A DNA stretch of 7,989 nt from the IMG/VR virus record IMGVR_UViG_2671180360_000012; one strand, written 5' to 3'. Source of the DNA: a virus (Duplodnaviria > Heunggongvirae > Uroviricota > Caudoviricetes). This document shows, piece by piece, positions 7,125 through 7,989 of the stretch (its first letter is position 1; each line of letters opens with the position of its first letter). The notes beneath the pieces are model-generated. The model saw only the letters and a program-made list of their open reading frames with translations. It was not told where the DNA came from and did no database searches. Both the position numbers and the translations under genes were made by a program.

Positions 7125-7318
7125 CCAACGCCATTCATGGCCATATCAATGATTTTCTGGTGCGTACCGGGTTGAGAAGCGGTGTAAGTGAACTGCAGTT
7201 GCCATGTTTTACGGCAGTGAGAGCAGAGATAGCGCTGATGTCCGGCGATGCTTTTGCCGTTACGCACCACCCCGTCAGTAGCTGAACAGGAGGGACAGCT
7301 GATAGAAACAGAAGCCAC
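7043..7318 (-). CDS. insA: IS1 InsA (transposition inhibitor / DNA-binding protein, 91 aa)
   Basis: The product is [91 protein letters not shown], with a zinc-finger CxxC...CxxC and a helix-turn-helix. It overlaps the insB' frame at the frameshift window. Confidence 0.95.
   Translation of the reverse strand: MASVSISCPSCSATDGVVRNGKSIAGHQRYLCSHCRKTWQLQFTYTASQPGTHQKIIDMAMNGVGCRATARIMGVGLNTILRHLKNSGRSR
7061..7067 (-). other. IS1 programmed -1 ribosomal frameshift heptamer (AAAAAAC on the coding strand)
   Basis: The + strand reads gtttttt at 7061-7067, which is AAAAAAC on the - strand. It lies in the insA/insB' overlap. Confidence 0.8.
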
Positions 7319-7373
7319 TGGAGCACCTCAAAAACACCATCATACACTAAATCAGTAAGTTGGCAGCATCACC

Positions 7374-7382
7374 CAAACTACT
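7374..7382. repeat. IS1 target-site duplication, right copy (CAAACTACT)
   Basis: Identical to 6597-6605 and directly abutting the IS1 end at 7373. Confidence 0.9.
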
Positions 7383-7516
7383 TAACCTGTGACAGAGCCA
7401 ACACGCAGTCTGTCACTGTCAGGAAAGTGGTAAAACTGCAACTCAATTACTGCAATGCCCTCGTAATTAAGTGAATTTACAATATCGTCCTGTTCGGAGG
7501 GAAGAACGCGGGATGT

Positions 7517-7711
7517 TCATTCTTCATCACTTTTAATTGATGTATATGCTCTCTTTTCTGACGTTAGCCTCCGACGGCAGGCTTCAATGACCCAGGCTGA
7601 GAAATTCCCGGACCCTTTTTGATCAAGAGCGATGTTAATTTGTTCAATCATTTGGTTAGGAAAGCGGATGTTGCGGGTTGTTGTTCTGCGGGTTCTGTTC
7701 TTCGTTGACAT
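7517..7711 (-). CDS. Small hypothetical protein (YlcI/DUF3950-like, 64 aa), possibly ribbon-helix-helix-like
   Basis: A 64-codon ORF on the - strand between IS1 and cos. The product (MSTKNRTRRTTTRNIRFPNQMIEQINIALDQKGSGNFSAWVIEACRRRLTSEKRAYTSIKSDEE) has a basic N-terminus and an RFP...IEQI...L stretch reminiscent of RHH/Arc-type folds. A small gene in this position is conserved in DLP12-like prophages as I recall. The RBS is weak. Confidence 0.45.
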   Translation of the reverse strand: MSTKNRTRRTTTRNIRFPNQMIEQINIALDQKGSGNFSAWVIEACRRRLTSEKRAYTSIKSDEE

Positions 7712-7910
7712 GAGGTTGCCCCGTATTCAGTGTCGCTGATTTGTATTGTCTGAAGTTGTTTTTACGTTAAGTTGATGCGGATCAATTAATACGATACCTG
7801 CGTCATAATTGATTATTTGACGTGGTTTGATGGCGTAGATGCACGTTGTGACATGTAGATGATAATTATTATCATTTTGCGGGTCCTTTCCGGCGATCCG
7901 ACAGGTTACG

Positions 7911-7922
7911 GGGCGGCGACCT
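7911..7922 (+). other. cos: cosN: the 12-nt cohesive-end sequence (GGGCGGCGACCT) of a lambda-type cos site
   Basis: The string ccgacaggttacg|gggcggcgacct|cgcgggttttcgctatttatgaaaattttccggtttaaggcgtttccgttcttcttcg matches the lambda right-end/left-end junction as I recall it, including the 12-nt 5' overhang sequence. Confidence 0.85.
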
Positions 7923-7989
7923 CGCGGGTTTTCGCTATTTATGAAAATTTTCCGGTTTAAGGCGTTTCCGTTCTTCTTCGTCGTAACTT
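7923..7989 (+). other. Start of cosB (terminase small-subunit binding region, including the R3-like element GGCGTTTCCGTTCTTCTTCG); runs off the window end
   Basis: This sequence immediately follows cosN and matches the lambda left-end sequence that precedes nu1. The window ends before the nu1 start. Confidence 0.7.

Larger units (their letters stand above)
6606..7373 (-). mobile_element. IS1: Insertion sequence IS1 (768 bp), complete, with 23-bp imperfect terminal inverted repeats and intact insA / insB' frames
   Basis: The element is exactly 768 bp. Its ends are GGTAATGACTCCAACTTATTGAT (6606-6628) and the reverse complement of GGTGATGCTGCCAACTTACTGAT (7351-7373). Both reading frames and the A6C frameshift site are present, and it is flanked by 9-bp direct repeats. 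Confidence 0.97.

Noticed and set aside
6655-7347. Additional ORFs inside IS1 (6655-6945 +, 6720-7073 +, 7135-7347 -)
   Set aside because: IS1 encodes only insA and insB'. These are alternative-frame or antisense ORFs of the same DNA.
1-7989. CRISPR arrays, tRNA or rRNA genes, integrase or attachment sites, toxin-antitoxin or defence-system gene pairs
   Set aside because: No spacer-repeat periodicity, no tRNA-like cloverleaf candidates I could recognise, and every substantial ORF is accounted for by known lambdoid late-region families plus IS1. I therefore do not claim a novel multi-gene system in this window.

Overview
This window reads as the right-hand late region of a lambdoid prophage in an enterobacterial (E. 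coli-like) genome, running from the nin/Q region through the lysis cassette to the cos site. Gene order on the + strand is: a 5'-truncated KilA-N/KilAC antirepressor-like gene, a DUF968 gene, a phage-21/QuuD-type Q antiterminator, an oppositely oriented Lc/NmpC-type porin gene with a ~590-bp AT-rich upstream region, a 21-type pinholin and SAR endolysin, lambda-type Rz/Rz1, bor (- strand), ybcV-like (- strand), ybcW-like, an intact IS1 with 9-bp target-site duplications, a small ylcI-like ORF (- strand), and cosN with the start of cosB at the window end. All identifications rest on reading the translations and DNA motifs against remembered family signatures; no database search was run. I do not see evidence for a novel multi-gene system: this is a mosaic but recognisable DLP12/PA-2/lambda-type arrangement. 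The points most worth a second look are the intact IS1 in the late transcription path just upstream of cos, the two opposite-polarity hairpins packed between Q and the porin stop, a perfect 39-bp in-frame tandem duplication in the DUF968 gene, and an HNH-like Cys/His motif in that protein.
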